Source: Candidatus Cloacimonadales bacterium (GTDB taxonomy: Bacteria > Cloacimonadota > Cloacimonadia > Cloacimonadales > JAIOQZ01). Taken from it: a stretch of 64,000 nt of DNA. The stretch's first letter is position 1, and the number at the start of each line of letters is the position of its first letter. Both the position numbers and the translations under genes were made by a program. The notes beneath the pieces were generated by a model. It was not told the origin of the DNA and ran no database searches. It saw only the letters and a program-made list of their open reading frames with translations. This document shows positions 40,384 through 51,386 of this stretch, in pieces. The stretch lies in NCBI GenBank assembly GCA_963665815.1, contig OY762463.1:2432001-2496000 (forward strand), read 5' to 3'.

Positions 40384-43300
40384 ATCGTTTTATCTTCTTA
40401 ATAAGTCCCTGACGACTCAAACCCAGATCCTTTGCCGCCTGAGTCTGATTCCACTCTCTTTTTTCCAGCACATCCATAATCATTTTTCTTTCCAGATTCT
40501 CAACAGCTTCTTTAAGTGTAAGAGTATTCAGCATTGTTACAACTTCAGAATTTTCAGCATACTTGAAAATCTCTTCGGAAAGATCGGAAGGTTTAATGAA
40601 TGCTTCGTTTTCCACGAGAGTCACAGCTCTTTCGATTTCATTTTCCAGCTGTCGAATATTTCCCGGCCAGTTACAGGCAACAAGATGCTTCATAGCTTCA
40701 TCTGTGATACCAAGCACATTCTTATTCATCTTTTTATTGTATTTATCGAGAAAATGTATAGCAAGAAGCGGAATATCGGATTTTCTTTCTTTAAGAGCCG
40801 GAACCTGAATTTTTATCACATTTAACCTGTAATAAAGATCCATCCTGAACTTGCCTTCTTTAACCTTATCAGCAAGTGATACGTTTGTTGCACATATAAC
40901 ACGAACATTAACCTTGGTTGTCTGAGTTGAACCTACTCGTTTTACTTCACCTTCCTGCAGGAATCTGAGAAGTTTAGCCTGAGTAGAAAGACTTATGTCT
41001 GCAATCTCATCGAGGAAGAAAGTTCCACCGTCAGCAACTTCGAAGAGTCCTTTCTTATCATAGGCTGCGCCTGTGAAAGATCCTTTTGTATGCCCGAATA
41101 ATTCACTTTCAAGCAATGTTTCCGGTAGTGCTCCGCAATATTGAGCAATAAATTGCTTATTCCTTCTGTTAGAAGTATAGTGTATAGCTCTGGTAATAAG
41201 TTCTTTACCGGTTCCACTTGGACCTTCCAGAAATATTGTTGTAGGTGTATCTTTAATCTTTTCGATCAAGCGGAAAATCTCCTGAATCTTCTCACTTTTA
41301 CCTATAATATTTGTATATGTATTGGCAGTACTTAGTTCTTCTCTTAGAATTGCATGAGATCTTGTCAGATTATTATGTCTGATATTTTCAACAAGTACAA
41401 TAATCTGATTAGATAATGCACTGAGCAGATTATAAATCTTCTTGTTAAAGTAGTGCGATCCGTGTTTACTGAATAAAAGAATTACACCTAGATTCTGGTT
41501 TCTAATCACCAGAGGGAATGTAATAATATTATTAAACTGAGGAGCAAAATGCGGCTGCTTAATGTTATAGCCTTTCATTTCTGAAAAAGTTGCCAGAATT
41601 CTATCTGCAAGCACATCGTAGTCAGGATCTTCTCTACTGAATTTATTAAACACCTGATATTCCCAGGAATCCTTTGTCTGACGAGCATTATACAGACACA
41701 ATAATCCACCGTCCGCATCTGAGATATCAACCAGATTATCCAGAGCTGAATCAAGCAGTAAATCGAAATCATTGATCAAGTTCAGCTTTTGTGTAATATC
41801 ATAGAATTTGTTCAGCAGTGATTCCTGATTTTTAGATTCTTTCAGTTCAGCTGCATGTTCACGCTGAATTCTCTGAATCAGTGTATCATTTTTCTCCAGC
41901 AGTTTTATTGCATCGTATTCTTTAATTAGCTTTTTGTTGTCTGTAAGTAATTGTAAAGCTTGTTCCCAGTCCTGCTGTTCGTACATAACAGAAGCGTATT
42001 CAATGTTACATACTGCAAGCTCGAAGTTACTGTTTGTTTCAACATATATCTCAATTGCTTTTCCCAGCAGATTCTTCTTGTCTTTCAGATTTTTTTCCAG
42101 CATAGACATGTGATAATACGTATTTCCAAGCTCTACTTTAAATCCCATTTCCTCTGATATCTCAAAGGCATTTTTCAGATAGTAACGTGCTATTTCAAAG
42201 TTTCTTGTAGCAATAAAATAATTTGCCTGTTTATGACAAACCTCTATCATAAGTTTGTCTTTTGCATTAATAGATTTGAAATAATCATAACTGTCTACAA
42301 GATATGCATAAGCTTCACCGTATTTGTGCAGTTTTGTCAGTACATATCCAATATTTCCGTAAAGTTCGGCTTTCAGAATATCGTTCTGGATATCCGGAAG
42401 AAGCTCTTCTGCTTTGAAATAAAGATCGTAAGAAAGGTTATACTCTCCACGTTTTGAGAACAGATCTCCCAGATTGTTATATGATTCTGCCATACCCGGC
42501 AGGAAACTATTATTCTTTGATTTTTCAATAGCTCTTTCGTAGTATTCTATCGCTTTTGTCCATTTACCGGATTTAAAGTAAAGAGCTCCAAGATTGTTCA
42601 ATGCGGATATAATATCTCTGAACAGGCTGAAATTCATTGCTGTCTGCAGGGATTTCTCAAATGCATCAGCGGCTTTGTCAAATTCAGCATTATCCATGTA
42701 GGTAATACCAATGTTGTTATATATATCTGTAATATTATCTCTGTCGCTGAGTAGTTTCTGAATATGAAGTGCTTTAAACAGATAGTCAAGAGACTGCTTG
42801 TAATCTCCTTTTTCTTCGAACATTCCACCAAGGTTGTTATAGCAGACAGATACTCCGCCTATATTATAGCTTTCCTGTTCCAGCTTGAGGCTCTCTTTGT
42901 AAAGATCCTCGGTTTTGTCCCATTCACCTTTGTACATGGCAAGAATTCCGAGATTGTTATAAATTGCTGCAAGTCCGCTTTTTTCCCCGGATTTCTTATA
43001 CATTTCTTCAGCATTGAAGAATTCTGTCTCAGCTTTATCCCACTGATTTGAATAGTAGTAGATCTTCCCTTTAGTTTTCTTGCATCCGGCAAGCAATTGA
43101 ACTCTTTTCTTCTCTTCCTTTACTACATAAGCATGGTCTGCGGCAGTTTCTATACTGTACATAGCTTCATCAATCTTGCCTTGAATAATATAAAGGTCGG
43201 CCTGAAGAATAAACAGTTTACAAAGCCAGAATGCTGAGGCTGTCTTGGTAGTATATTTCTTGATAATCTCCATTGCAAAAGAGATAGAGTTTATCTTATA

Positions 43301-44632
43301 AAGGCTTTCTGCAAGTAAATATACAATCTCATCAACAGGCTGATGAAGTTTTGTGCATAACCTCAAAGCGTTTCTGTAGTTTTCTGCTGAAGATTCAACC
43401 TGATAAAGCTTTGTATTGGTAGTACCGAGGGCAAGCATGATTTTTATCAGAGTAATTTCGTCTTCTTCGTTTTTTTTCAGAGAAGTATAGATACTGTGAA
43501 GAGTTTCATGATCCTCAATAACAGAAAGATAAGCTATTATTTTTTCCATAAAATTTAGTTTAAGCTCATCTATAAAGAAATGGTAATATGCAACTTGAGC
43601 ATCTTTTATCTCAAACTTATCTTTCTTTGCTATTACATCATCAATAAATTTCTTCTGTCTGGTTTTCGAGAAGTCCTTGTAAGTCATCTTAAAAAGGTTT
43701 GGCTTCATTATATAAAGATTATCATCTATTGCTCTCAGGAGTCCGGAATCTGTAAGCCTCTTAACACTTGATATTATATTCTTTGACTTTGTCAGCAGAG
43801 AAAGATTACTGCCCGTTGCTTTTCCATCCAGCAGAAAAATATATGCTGCAATATCAATATCTTCATCTGATAGATTATCTATTATTTCCTGATAAACTGT
43901 ATGAACGCTGATTTTCATGTCGAGATACTGAGAAAGATCAAATTCAGATTTTTTACCCTTTGAGTAAAATTTATTCAGAATATATTCAATCAGAAAAAGA
44001 TTTCCATGTGTAATGCTGAGTAAAACTTCTCCATGTTCAGGGTTATCCACCTCTTCATTCATAAAAAGATTAGAAAGAATACTCTGAATATCCTCTTTGT
44101 GGGGATACGCTGCTTCAATAACATCGGAAAACAGAAAATTTGATTCAGCACAGAATGTTATGAAAAAGATTTTTTTATCCAGTGCATATTCAATCAGGTA
44201 TTGTAAAAAATCTTTACTGTACTGATCAAATATTGCACAATTATCTATCAGAAAAATTCCCGACTTTAATTTATCAGCTTTCTGTAATTGTTCCGTAATA
44301 AAGTAAAAGAAATCATATTTATTATTAAGAGAATGCTGCCTGGCTTCTCTTACCATCTTCTCATATTCATCGCTGGTAATGTCTGTAATTGCATACAATA
44401 TATTACTGAGTTGATTGAAATGAAAAACCTTGGGAGTGTATACGGTAAACTCTTTTCCCATTTCTTTAAAACGAGCTTTAACTTTCTCAAAAATATATGT
44501 TTTACCCGTCCCGGTAGGTCCGATAATTTCTATGATCTTACTGTTTTCAGATTCACATTTATTTACGATTTTATCAATCGTTTCATTCTTTACAGTATAC
44601 TGCAGCAGCAATTTATTTATCTTCTTTTCCAT
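40364..44632 (-). CDS. Large sigma54-dependent activator (P-loop - TPR - GAF - AAA+ - Fis HTH)
   Basis: N-terminal GPTGTGKT; many TPRs (YNNLG repeats); GAF; GPSGTGKE, ESELFGHTKGSFTGA, FLDEI, WPGNIRQLEN; terminal HTH. Start probably 44632. Confidence 0.93.
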   Translation of the reverse strand: MEKKINKLLLQYTVKNETIDKIVNKCESENSKIIEIIGPTGTGKTYIFEKVKARFKEMGKEFTVYTPKVFHFNQLSNILYAITDITSDEYEKMVREARQHSLNNKYDFFYFITEQLQKADKLKSGIFLIDNCAIFDQYSKDFLQYLIEYALDKKIFFITFCAESNFLFSDVIEAAYPHKEDIQSILSNLFMNEEVDNPEHGEVLLSITHGNLFLIEYILNKFYSKGKKSEFDLSQYLDMKISVHTVYQEIIDNLSDEDIDIAAYIFLLDGKATGSNLSLLTKSKNIISSVKRLTDSGLLRAIDDNLYIMKPNLFKMTYKDFSKTRQKKFIDDVIAKKDKFEIKDAQVAYYHFFIDELKLNFMEKIIAYLSVIEDHETLHSIYTSLKKNEEDEITLIKIMLALGTTNTKLYQVESSAENYRNALRLCTKLHQPVDEIVYLLAESLYKINSISFAMEIIKKYTTKTASAFWLCKLFILQADLYIIQGKIDEAMYSIETAADHAYVVKEEKKRVQLLAGCKKTKGKIYYYSNQWDKAETEFFNAEEMYKKSGEKSGLAAIYNNLGILAMYKGEWDKTEDLYKESLKLEQESYNIGGVSVCYNNLGGMFEEKGDYKQSLDYLFKALHIQKLLSDRDNITDIYNNIGITYMDNAEFDKAADAFEKSLQTAMNFSLFRDIISALNNLGALYFKSGKWTKAIEYYERAIEKSKNNSFLPGMAESYNNLGDLFSKRGEYNLSYDLYFKAEELLPDIQNDILKAELYGNIGYVLTKLHKYGEAYAYLVDSYDYFKSINAKDKLMIEVCHKQANYFIATRNFEIARYYLKNAFEISEEMGFKVELGNTYYHMSMLEKNLKDKKNLLGKAIEIYVETNSNFELAVCNIEYASVMYEQQDWEQALQLLTDNKKLIKEYDAIKLLEKNDTLIQRIQREHAAELKESKNQESLLNKFYDITQKLNLINDFDLLLDSALDNLVDISDADGGLLCLYNARQTKDSWEYQVFNKFSREDPDYDVLADRILATFSEMKGYNIKQPHFAPQFNNIITFPLVIRNQNLGVILLFSKHGSHYFNKKIYNLLSALSNQIIVLVENIRHNNLTRSHAILREELSTANTYTNIIGKSEKIQEIFRLIEKIKDTPTTIFLEGPSGTGKELITRAIHYTSNRRNKQFIAQYCGALPETLLESELFGHTKGSFTGAAYDKKGLFEVADGGTFFLDEIADISLSTQAKLLRFLQEGEVKRVGSTQTTKVNVRVICATNVSLADKVKEGKFRMDLYYRLNVIKIQVPALKERKSDIPLLAIHFLDKYNKKMNKNVLGITDEAMKHLVACNWPGNIRQLENEIERAVTLVENEAFIKPSDLSEEIFKYAENSEVVTMLNTLTLKEAVENLERKMIMDVLEKREWNQTQAAKDLGLSRQGLIKKIKRYELEKL

Positions 44633-44668
44633 TACTTTACCTTTACTTTGATTACAGTTCAAAAATTG

Positions 44669-44746
44669 TGTAAATTAGATTTACAAAAAGTAGACACCCA
44701 ATGGTAAATTTGTCAACAAAGTTTTTATAAGTAAATAAAGATTACA
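44669..44746. promoter_or_regulatory. Palindromic boxes upstream of the sigma54 activator gene
   Basis: TGTAAAT-TAG-ATTTACA (44669-44685) and the similar AGTAAAT-AAA-GATTACA (44730-44746). Confidence 0.45.
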
Positions 44747-44763
44747 CCCAAACAGGTTCTATA

Positions 44764-45774
44764 TCATAGATTCCAGATAGAATTTTCCAGTAACTCCTGC
44801 ATGTATTCCTTTAACGTACAAGGTGATATTGAGTACATACAGCGGAAGTGCCTTCGAGGACATTCTTTGAAGCCATGTAGCGAACAAGGTTGACACTTTA
44901 AGTCACTTTGGATTACAACTGCCTTGTCATTGAGAGGTCTGAAGCCAAGTCTGGTGTGGGTTGAACCGAATATTGCAATCTGAGGTTTACGCAATGCTGC
45001 CGCAATGTGCATTGGACCACTGTCATTCGATACTATACCATCCATTAAATCTGTCAGATTAATGAGTTCCCCCGGAGAAACTGTTCCGGTCAGATCATAG
45101 ACTTTAGATTCGGTTTTCTGTTTGATCTTCATTGCAAGAGGTTTGTCTGCAGTAGAACCGAGAATACAGAAACTTGTGTTCCAGGTATCCGGAATTCTGT
45201 CGATAAAATCTGCATACCAGTCAACAGGATATTGCTTAGTATTAAATGATGCCCCGGGAAAAAGCCCGATCAAAGTTCTGTTAACAGGCAGTGAATAATC
45301 AGAAATAAGCTTTTCAATCTTTTCTCTATATTGAGGTTGTGCCTGAAGAACCGGATATTTACGTTTAAGAGGAATATTCAGTTTTTTGAGAGCCGTTTCA
45401 TACAGATCGACAGTAGAATCGATTTCTGCTTTTGTAAGTTTTTTCACAATTGCCCAGCGTGTAAAATGCTGTTTTTTATAGGTTACAGATTTTGCTTTCA
45501 GCCTCATCCGCAGTATCTGAGAATATAATTTATCATGCAGATCAATTACAAGGTCATATTTGTTATTCTTAAGCTCAGGAAGTATATCATTAATTTTCTC
45601 AGGTCTGGCAATAATATTATCCACTCCGGGAATGGCCTGTACTATTTCACTGAATACAGGTTTTATAAGATAGTCTATAACTGCTTGCGGGTACTTCTCT
45701 CGCAGTGCATGAATAATGGGTTCAGTGAGAACAATGTCACCCAGTGAACTGAATCTGAGAATCAGTATCCTCAT
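44764..45774 (-). CDS. waaF: LPS heptosyltransferase II (GT9)
   Basis: RFSSLGDIVL, YDLVIDLH, PGAS..TKQYP, SNDSGPMHIAAA, IFGST. Confidence 0.85.
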   Translation of the reverse strand: MRILILRFSSLGDIVLTEPIIHALREKYPQAVIDYLIKPVFSEIVQAIPGVDNIIARPEKINDILPELKNNKYDLVIDLHDKLYSQILRMRLKAKSVTYKKQHFTRWAIVKKLTKAEIDSTVDLYETALKKLNIPLKRKYPVLQAQPQYREKIEKLISDYSLPVNRTLIGLFPGASFNTKQYPVDWYADFIDRIPDTWNTSFCILGSTADKPLAMKIKQKTESKVYDLTGTVSPGELINLTDLMDGIVSNDSGPMHIAAALRKPQIAIFGSTHTRLGFRPLNDKAVVIQSDLKCQPCSLHGFKECPRRHFRCMYSISPCTLKEYMQELLENSIWNL

Positions 45775-46538
45775 ATATCCTGCTTCTCCGCAACTATGAA
45801 TACTCTGTATTCTTCTTCCGGATCTGTCAAAGGATCATCCAGAGATGAAATCCTGGCAAAAGAAACATATCTGAATCCTGTTTCGATCAGAATATTACTG
45901 ACCTCAAACAGGTTGAATGCTTTGTTGAAAAGATTTTCCGTACTCCTGCGATAGACATTATCACCAGTCTCAACAAAACATGTAATTTCGGCTGTTCCCA
46001 TTTTACTTATACAATCGTATTTACTATCCTGAATCAGGAAAAAATCATCACCCTTTATCTTTCTGACTCCAAACCAACAGTTTTCTAACCCTCTGGCTGT
46101 GTTGAGATCAAAAATAAAAACACTATCATCAGTTAAAACATTGTAGACACTCGAAAAACACTGTCTGAGATCCTCAATTGTCTCCAAATGGTTCATTGCA
46201 TCAAAAGTAGACACACAGAAATCATACTGATCTTCCATAGTGAAATCTCTGGCATCTGCAAGAATAAAATCGCTTCTGCCATCTGCGATATGTTTCGTGT
46301 TATTAAGTCTGGCATAATACAGCATGGATTCTGAGTTATCTATTCCTGTTACATTGTAGCCGTTATCAGCAAAAAAAGCAGAGAGTCTCCCGCATCCACA
46401 GCACAAGTCTAATATGCTTTCTGCAGAAGGATTGTATTTCCGGAAATATGCAAGCAGGAACGGAGCGACCTTATCTGAAAAATCGTTCCAGTTCCTGTTA
46501 TAAATTCCTGCAAAATCCTGTTTATATCTATCTGACAT
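45771..46538 (-). CDS. Class I SAM-dependent methyltransferase
   Basis: ILDLCCGCG, GIDNSESML, FDAMNHL. Confidence 0.88.
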   Translation of the reverse strand: MSDRYKQDFAGIYNRNWNDFSDKVAPFLLAYFRKYNPSAESILDLCCGCGRLSAFFADNGYNVTGIDNSESMLYYARLNNTKHIADGRSDFILADARDFTMEDQYDFCVSTFDAMNHLETIEDLRQCFSSVYNVLTDDSVFIFDLNTARGLENCWFGVRKIKGDDFFLIQDSKYDCISKMGTAEITCFVETGDNVYRRSTENLFNKAFNLFEVSNILIETGFRYVSFARISSLDDPLTDPEEEYRVFIVAEKQDI

Positions 46539-46539
46539 T

Positions 46540-49149
46540 TTAAATGTTTTTTATTATTTCCGGTACTGATTTTACTGCTTCATCTATCTTAGAAGCATCT
46601 TTTCCACCTGCCATTGCCATATCCGGGCGTCCACCGCCTCTACCACCGACAATTTCAGCGACTTTTCCGACAATCTTACCAGCCTGATACTTTTTCGTCA
46701 GGTCTTTGGTTACGATTGTTATTATGGATACTTTACCGCCAATATCAGAGATCAGAACACCAATTCCGGAACCGATTTTATCTCTGAGCTGGTCTCCTGT
46801 TGCTCTGAATTCCTTATTATCATTAACATCTATTCTGGCAGCAACAACTTTTACTCCCTCAATTTCATCTGCATTTTTAAGGAGTTCAGTAAGGATGTCT
46901 CCCTTCTGGGCAGTCTGAAGCCTTTCTATTTCTCTGGAAAGCTCTCTGTTATCTTCAATAAGCTTTTCAATCTTGTTCAACATGTTCTTCTCAGGCACAT
47001 TCAGTAACTCACAAACTTTCTGCAGTTTTTCTTCCTGCTTTTTGTTGTAGTCAAGTACGTATGAACCTGTAATAGCAAAGATACGTCTTACTCCGGCAGA
47101 ACTGGAACTTTCTGACAAAATCTTGAACGAACCGATTTCCCCAGTATAACCAACGTGTGTACCCCCGCAAAGTTCTTTGGAGAATTCTCCTGCTGAAACT
47201 ACACGGACACTGTCACCGTATTTTTCTCCGAATAAAGCTGTGGCACCACTTTCTTTAGCTTCATCATAATTCATGATATCTGTCACCATTTTGTGATTTT
47301 CCATGATCTCGTTGTTTACAATTCTCTCAATCTTTTCCAGATCTTCCTGTTTAACACCTTCGTAATGCGTGAAATCGAATCTGAGACTGTCTGCATTTAC
47401 CAGAGAACCTTTCTGATGCACATGATCACCAAGTATGGTCTGTAATGCTTTATGAAGCAAGTGAGTAGCTGTATGGTTTCGGGCAATTTCCTTACGTCTG
47501 TCTGTATTGATTACAGCCTGAAACTCTCCATCCGAAATCTTACCGTTTAAGATCTTACCGTAGTGTACTACTTCGTTATTCTCTTTCTTCACATCAAATA
47601 CTTTGATCATGGTCTCATCATTAGAAAGATCACCTTTGTCTGCAACCTGACCACCCTGTTCTGCATAGAAAGGAGTCTTTGTCAGCACAATCTTGGCAAT
47701 ATCATCTTTCACGAAGCTGAACTTAACGATTTTTGTATCAGTACAGTATGAATCGTAACCAACAAACTCTGTCTCCTGCATGTTATCTGTAAACTCAATC
47801 CATTCTGTGTGCTCTATATCCATTACGAATTTTTGTGATTTTCTGGCACGCTCTCTCTGCTCTTCCATAGCTTTATTGAAACCGTCCAGATCTACTGTAT
47901 AGCCTTTTTCTTCGGCAATAACTGTTGTGAGATCAACTGGAAATCCGTATGTATCATAAAGTGTGAAAGCATCCTTACCGGATATAACTTTATCCTGTTC
48001 ATTAACTTTAAAAATCTCTTCAATCTGATCCAGACCTTTATCGAGAGTAGCATTAAATCTTTCTTCTTCAGCTTTGATTGTCAGAACTACGTGTTCCTTT
48101 CTTTCTGCCAGCTCAGAGAAGTGATGCCCCATTACATCAATGAGAACATCAACGAGTTTATAGAGGAACGGTTTGTGTATATTAAGCAGTCTTCCATGTC
48201 TGGCAGCACGCCTGAGAATACGTCTCAGAACATAGCCGCGTCCTTCATTAGATGGCATTCCACCGTCTGCAATTGCAAATGATAACGCTCTGATATGATC
48301 TGCAATAACTCTGTGAGATGTACCGGAAGCATCCTTATTGTATTTTGTTCCGGAAATTTCTTCGATAGCATTCAATAATGGCATAAACAAGTCAGTTTCG
48401 TAGTTAGAGCTTTTATCCTGTAACACCTGACAGATTCTTTCGAAACCTGCACCGGTATCAACATATCTGCTTGTAAGCGGATTAAGTGTTCCGTCTTTAT
48501 CTCTGTTATACTGAATAAAAACCAGATTCCACAGTTCAATGTATCTGTGACAGTCCCCGTTAACCTTACAAACATGATCAGGATCATCCTGCAGATTACA
48601 ATGCTCGATACCTCTGTCAATGTGGATCTCCGAACAAGGACCGCATGGACCGACATCTGCCATTTCCCAGAAGTTATCTTTATCTCCATGATACTCAACA
48701 TGAGTCGGATCGATATCAGTATGGTTCTTCCAGAGTTCAGCAGCTTCGTTATCCGAATCGTGAACTGTAGCAAAGAGTTTGTCTTTAGGGAGCTTCCATA
48801 CATCAGTGATCAGTTCCCAAGCCCACTCAATTGCTTCTTTTTTATAGTAGTCTCCAAAAGACCAGTTTCCGAGCATCTCAAAGAATGTATGGTGGTAACC
48901 GTCTGTTCCCACTTCTTCCAGATCGTTATGCTTTCCACCTGCTCTTATGCATTTCTGTGAGTTAGCGATTCTATCGAACTTCTTTTCTTCCAGTCCGAGG
49001 AATATGTTTTTAAACTGGTTCATACCTGCATTAATGAATAATAAGGTAGGATCGTTTTGCGGGATTAATCCTGCTGAAGAAACAATCTCGTGGTTCTTCT
49101 CTTTAAAAAAATCTATAAACTGCTGTCTTATATTTTTACTTGAGTACAT
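46540..49149 (-). CDS. alaS: Alanine--tRNA ligase
   Basis: DPTLLFINAGMNQFK, HHTFFEMLGNWSFGDY, NHTATHLLH, ELCGGTHV, GRGGGR; start ATG 49149 with AGGA RBS. Confidence 0.98.
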   Translation of the reverse strand: MYSSKNIRQQFIDFFKEKNHEIVSSAGLIPQNDPTLLFINAGMNQFKNIFLGLEEKKFDRIANSQKCIRAGGKHNDLEEVGTDGYHHTFFEMLGNWSFGDYYKKEAIEWAWELITDVWKLPKDKLFATVHDSDNEAAELWKNHTDIDPTHVEYHGDKDNFWEMADVGPCGPCSEIHIDRGIEHCNLQDDPDHVCKVNGDCHRYIELWNLVFIQYNRDKDGTLNPLTSRYVDTGAGFERICQVLQDKSSNYETDLFMPLLNAIEEISGTKYNKDASGTSHRVIADHIRALSFAIADGGMPSNEGRGYVLRRILRRAARHGRLLNIHKPFLYKLVDVLIDVMGHHFSELAERKEHVVLTIKAEEERFNATLDKGLDQIEEIFKVNEQDKVISGKDAFTLYDTYGFPVDLTTVIAEEKGYTVDLDGFNKAMEEQRERARKSQKFVMDIEHTEWIEFTDNMQETEFVGYDSYCTDTKIVKFSFVKDDIAKIVLTKTPFYAEQGGQVADKGDLSNDETMIKVFDVKKENNEVVHYGKILNGKISDGEFQAVINTDRRKEIARNHTATHLLHKALQTILGDHVHQKGSLVNADSLRFDFTHYEGVKQEDLEKIERIVNNEIMENHKMVTDIMNYDEAKESGATALFGEKYGDSVRVVSAGEFSKELCGGTHVGYTGEIGSFKILSESSSSAGVRRIFAITGSYVLDYNKKQEEKLQKVCELLNVPEKNMLNKIEKLIEDNRELSREIERLQTAQKGDILTELLKNADEIEGVKVVAARIDVNDNKEFRATGDQLRDKIGSGIGVLISDIGGKVSIITIVTKDLTKKYQAGKIVGKVAEIVGGRGGGRPDMAMAGGKDASKIDEAVKSVPEIIKNI

Positions 49150-49304
49150 CAGTATTTCCTTTATGAGAGAACTTTCTGCTTTCGCCATTATGCAGAGTCC
49201 TCATTAGTTATTTTCGTCATATTATTTTACAGCTTTTTTTTTGCAATAAAAATTATGTGGGAGATGGAGACAAATTGTTGTTTGGCAGCATTCAGTGATT
49301 GTTT

Positions 49305-49320
49305 TGCAATATATTTGCCA
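49305..49320 (-). promoter_or_regulatory. Sigma54-like -24/-12 element upstream of alaS
   Basis: Minus strand TGGCAAATATATTGCA (GG-N10-GC). Confidence 0.4.
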
Positions 49321-49439
49321 CGTAAACAACTAAAGGATATGTCTTGAGAAGTTCTGACGATAACACATGCATTTCAATATAACAATTTAGAAACAATTTA
49401 CCACCTTTCTTAGAGCTATCAGCCATTACCTGGCGGAAC

Positions 49440-49476
49440 AAAAAAAAAGACTGTCAGTTTAACACCAACAGTCTTT
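49440..49476 (-). terminator. Rho-independent terminator after clpX
   Basis: Minus strand AAAGACTGT...ACAGTCTTT stem then long T-run. Confidence 0.8.
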
Positions 49477-49504
49477 CATTATAGTTTTTAAATTTATAAA
49501 CCGA

Positions 49505-50743
49505 TCAGGCAGTCTGATCTTCCTTTTTCTCCTCAAAAACGTATACTGGGTCGCTTTCACCTTCGACAACCTCTTTGGTTATCATGCATTCTTTTACGCC
49601 TTGGAGATCAGGAATTTCGTACATTATGTCAAGCATAACGTTTTCCATGATAGATCTCAGACCTCGAGCTCCGGTTTTGCGTTCAACTGCTATATGAGCC
49701 ACTTCTTTGAGGGCATCTGATGAGAATTGCAATTCGACGTCTTCCATCTTAAACAGTTTTTTGTACTGTTTGTAGATAGCATTTTTAGGCTCAGTCAGAA
49801 TCTGAACAAGCTGATCTTCCTCAAGTTCTCTGAGAGAAGTAACAACCGGCATTCTTCCGACAAGCTCTGGTATTAATCCGAATTTAAGCAGATCATCCGA
49901 AGAGACATTCATGAGAATGTCAGATGATTCTTCTGCCTTAGTGAGAATATTAGCATCGAAACCTACTACTTTCTGGTTCATTCTTTTCTGGATTATCTTT
50001 TCTAATCCGAAGAATGCACCACCAACAATGAATAATATCTTACTGGTATCAATTTCGATAAAATCCTGATGAGGGTGTTTACGTCCACCTTTTGGTGGAA
50101 CATTGACTTTTGATCCTTCAAGAATCTTGAGTAATGCCTGCTGAACACCTTCACCGGAAACATCTCTTGTTATAGACGGAGTTTCAGATTTTCTTGCAAT
50201 TTTATCAATTTCATCCACATAAACAATACCGGTGGATGCTTTTTCAACATCATAATTTGCAGATTGAAGAAGTCGTACGAGGATATTTTCAACATCTTCA
50301 CCGACATAACCTGCTTCTGTGAGAGTAGTCGCATCAGCAATAGCAAACGGTACTTTGAGGAATTTTGCAAGAGTTTGAGCAATCAGAGTTTTTCCTGAAC
50401 CTGTAGGTCCAACCATAAGGATGTTGCTTTTTTCAATTTCAACATCATCTGTCTGAATCTGCTTGAATATTCTCTTGTAATGATTATATACAGCTACTGA
50501 TATAACTTGCTTCGCTTTCTTCTGCCCAATAACATACTGATCGAGGTATTCTTTAATTTCTCTTGGTGTAGGAAGTGAGAAATCATCGAGTTCCTGTTCT
50601 TTATGATCAGCTTCAATTATTGTATGGCACATGCGGACACATTCGTCGCAGATATTACCTGCAACACCTTTTATCATGTGCTTTACCTCAGTTTCGGCAC
50701 GTCCGCAGAATGCACAATGCAGTAAATTATATTTGTTTTCCAC
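49505..50743 (-). CDS. clpX: ATP-dependent Clp protease ATP-binding subunit ClpX
   Basis: C4 zinc finger, [29 protein letters not shown] loop. Confidence 0.98.
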   Translation of the reverse strand: MENKYNLLHCAFCGRAETEVKHMIKGVAGNICDECVRMCHTIIEADHKEQELDDFSLPTPREIKEYLDQYVIGQKKAKQVISVAVYNHYKRIFKQIQTDDVEIEKSNILMVGPTGSGKTLIAQTLAKFLKVPFAIADATTLTEAGYVGEDVENILVRLLQSANYDVEKASTGIVYVDEIDKIARKSETPSITRDVSGEGVQQALLKILEGSKVNVPPKGGRKHPHQDFIEIDTSKILFIVGGAFFGLEKIIQKRMNQKVVGFDANILTKAEESSDILMNVSSDDLLKFGLIPELVGRMPVVTSLRELEEDQLVQILTEPKNAIYKQYKKLFKMEDVELQFSSDALKEVAHIAVERKTGARGLRSIMENVMLDIMYEIPDLQGVKECMITKEVVEGESDPVYVFEEKKEDQTA

Positions 50744-50754
50744 AATATCTCCTG

Positions 50755-51339
50755 CTAAGCTCTTTTATTTATAATTTCGTCGATTATTCCGTATTCTTTA
50801 GCTTCATTTGCATTCATAAAGTAATTTCTGTCAGTATCTTTGATAATACGTTCCATAGGCTGACCTGTATGGTGATGCAGAATTCGGTTAAGCTTATCTT
50901 TAAGATAAAGTATTTCTTTAGTGTGAATCTCAATATCGGAAGCCTGACCCTGTACTCCACCGAGAGGTTGATGAATCATTACACGGCTGTTAGGCAGGGC
51001 ATGTCTTTTACCTGCTTCGCCGGCAGTGAGAAGAAATGCTCCCATGCTGGCAGCCTGACCAATACAGATTGTACTGACTGCAGGTTTAATAAACTGCATA
51101 GTATCGTATATGGCAAGACCGGCAGTAACTGATCCACCCGGACTGTTAATATACATGTAAATATCCTTCTCAGGATTTTCACCTTCAAGATGCAGCAACT
51201 GAGCGATAATTACATTAGCTACATTATCATCTATTGGAGATCCCAGGAAGATAATTCTGTCTTTCAACAGTCTGGAATATATATCATAAGCTCTTTCAGA
51301 GCGTCCACTTTGTTCAACAACTATAGGTACGTAAGGCAT
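50755..51339 (-). CDS. clpP: Clp protease proteolytic subunit
   Basis: [29 protein letters not shown]. Confidence 0.98.
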   Translation of the reverse strand: MPYVPIVVEQSGRSERAYDIYSRLLKDRIIFLGSPIDDNVANVIIAQLLHLEGENPEKDIYMYINSPGGSVTAGLAIYDTMQFIKPAVSTICIGQAASMGAFLLTAGEAGKRHALPNSRVMIHQPLGGVQGQASDIEIHTKEILYLKDKLNRILHHHTGQPMERIIKDTDRNYFMNANEAKEYGIIDEIINKRA

Positions 51340-51386
51340 ACTTTATCTCCTTTTTAAAAAGATATTGAGGTATTGCTTAAAAACAA

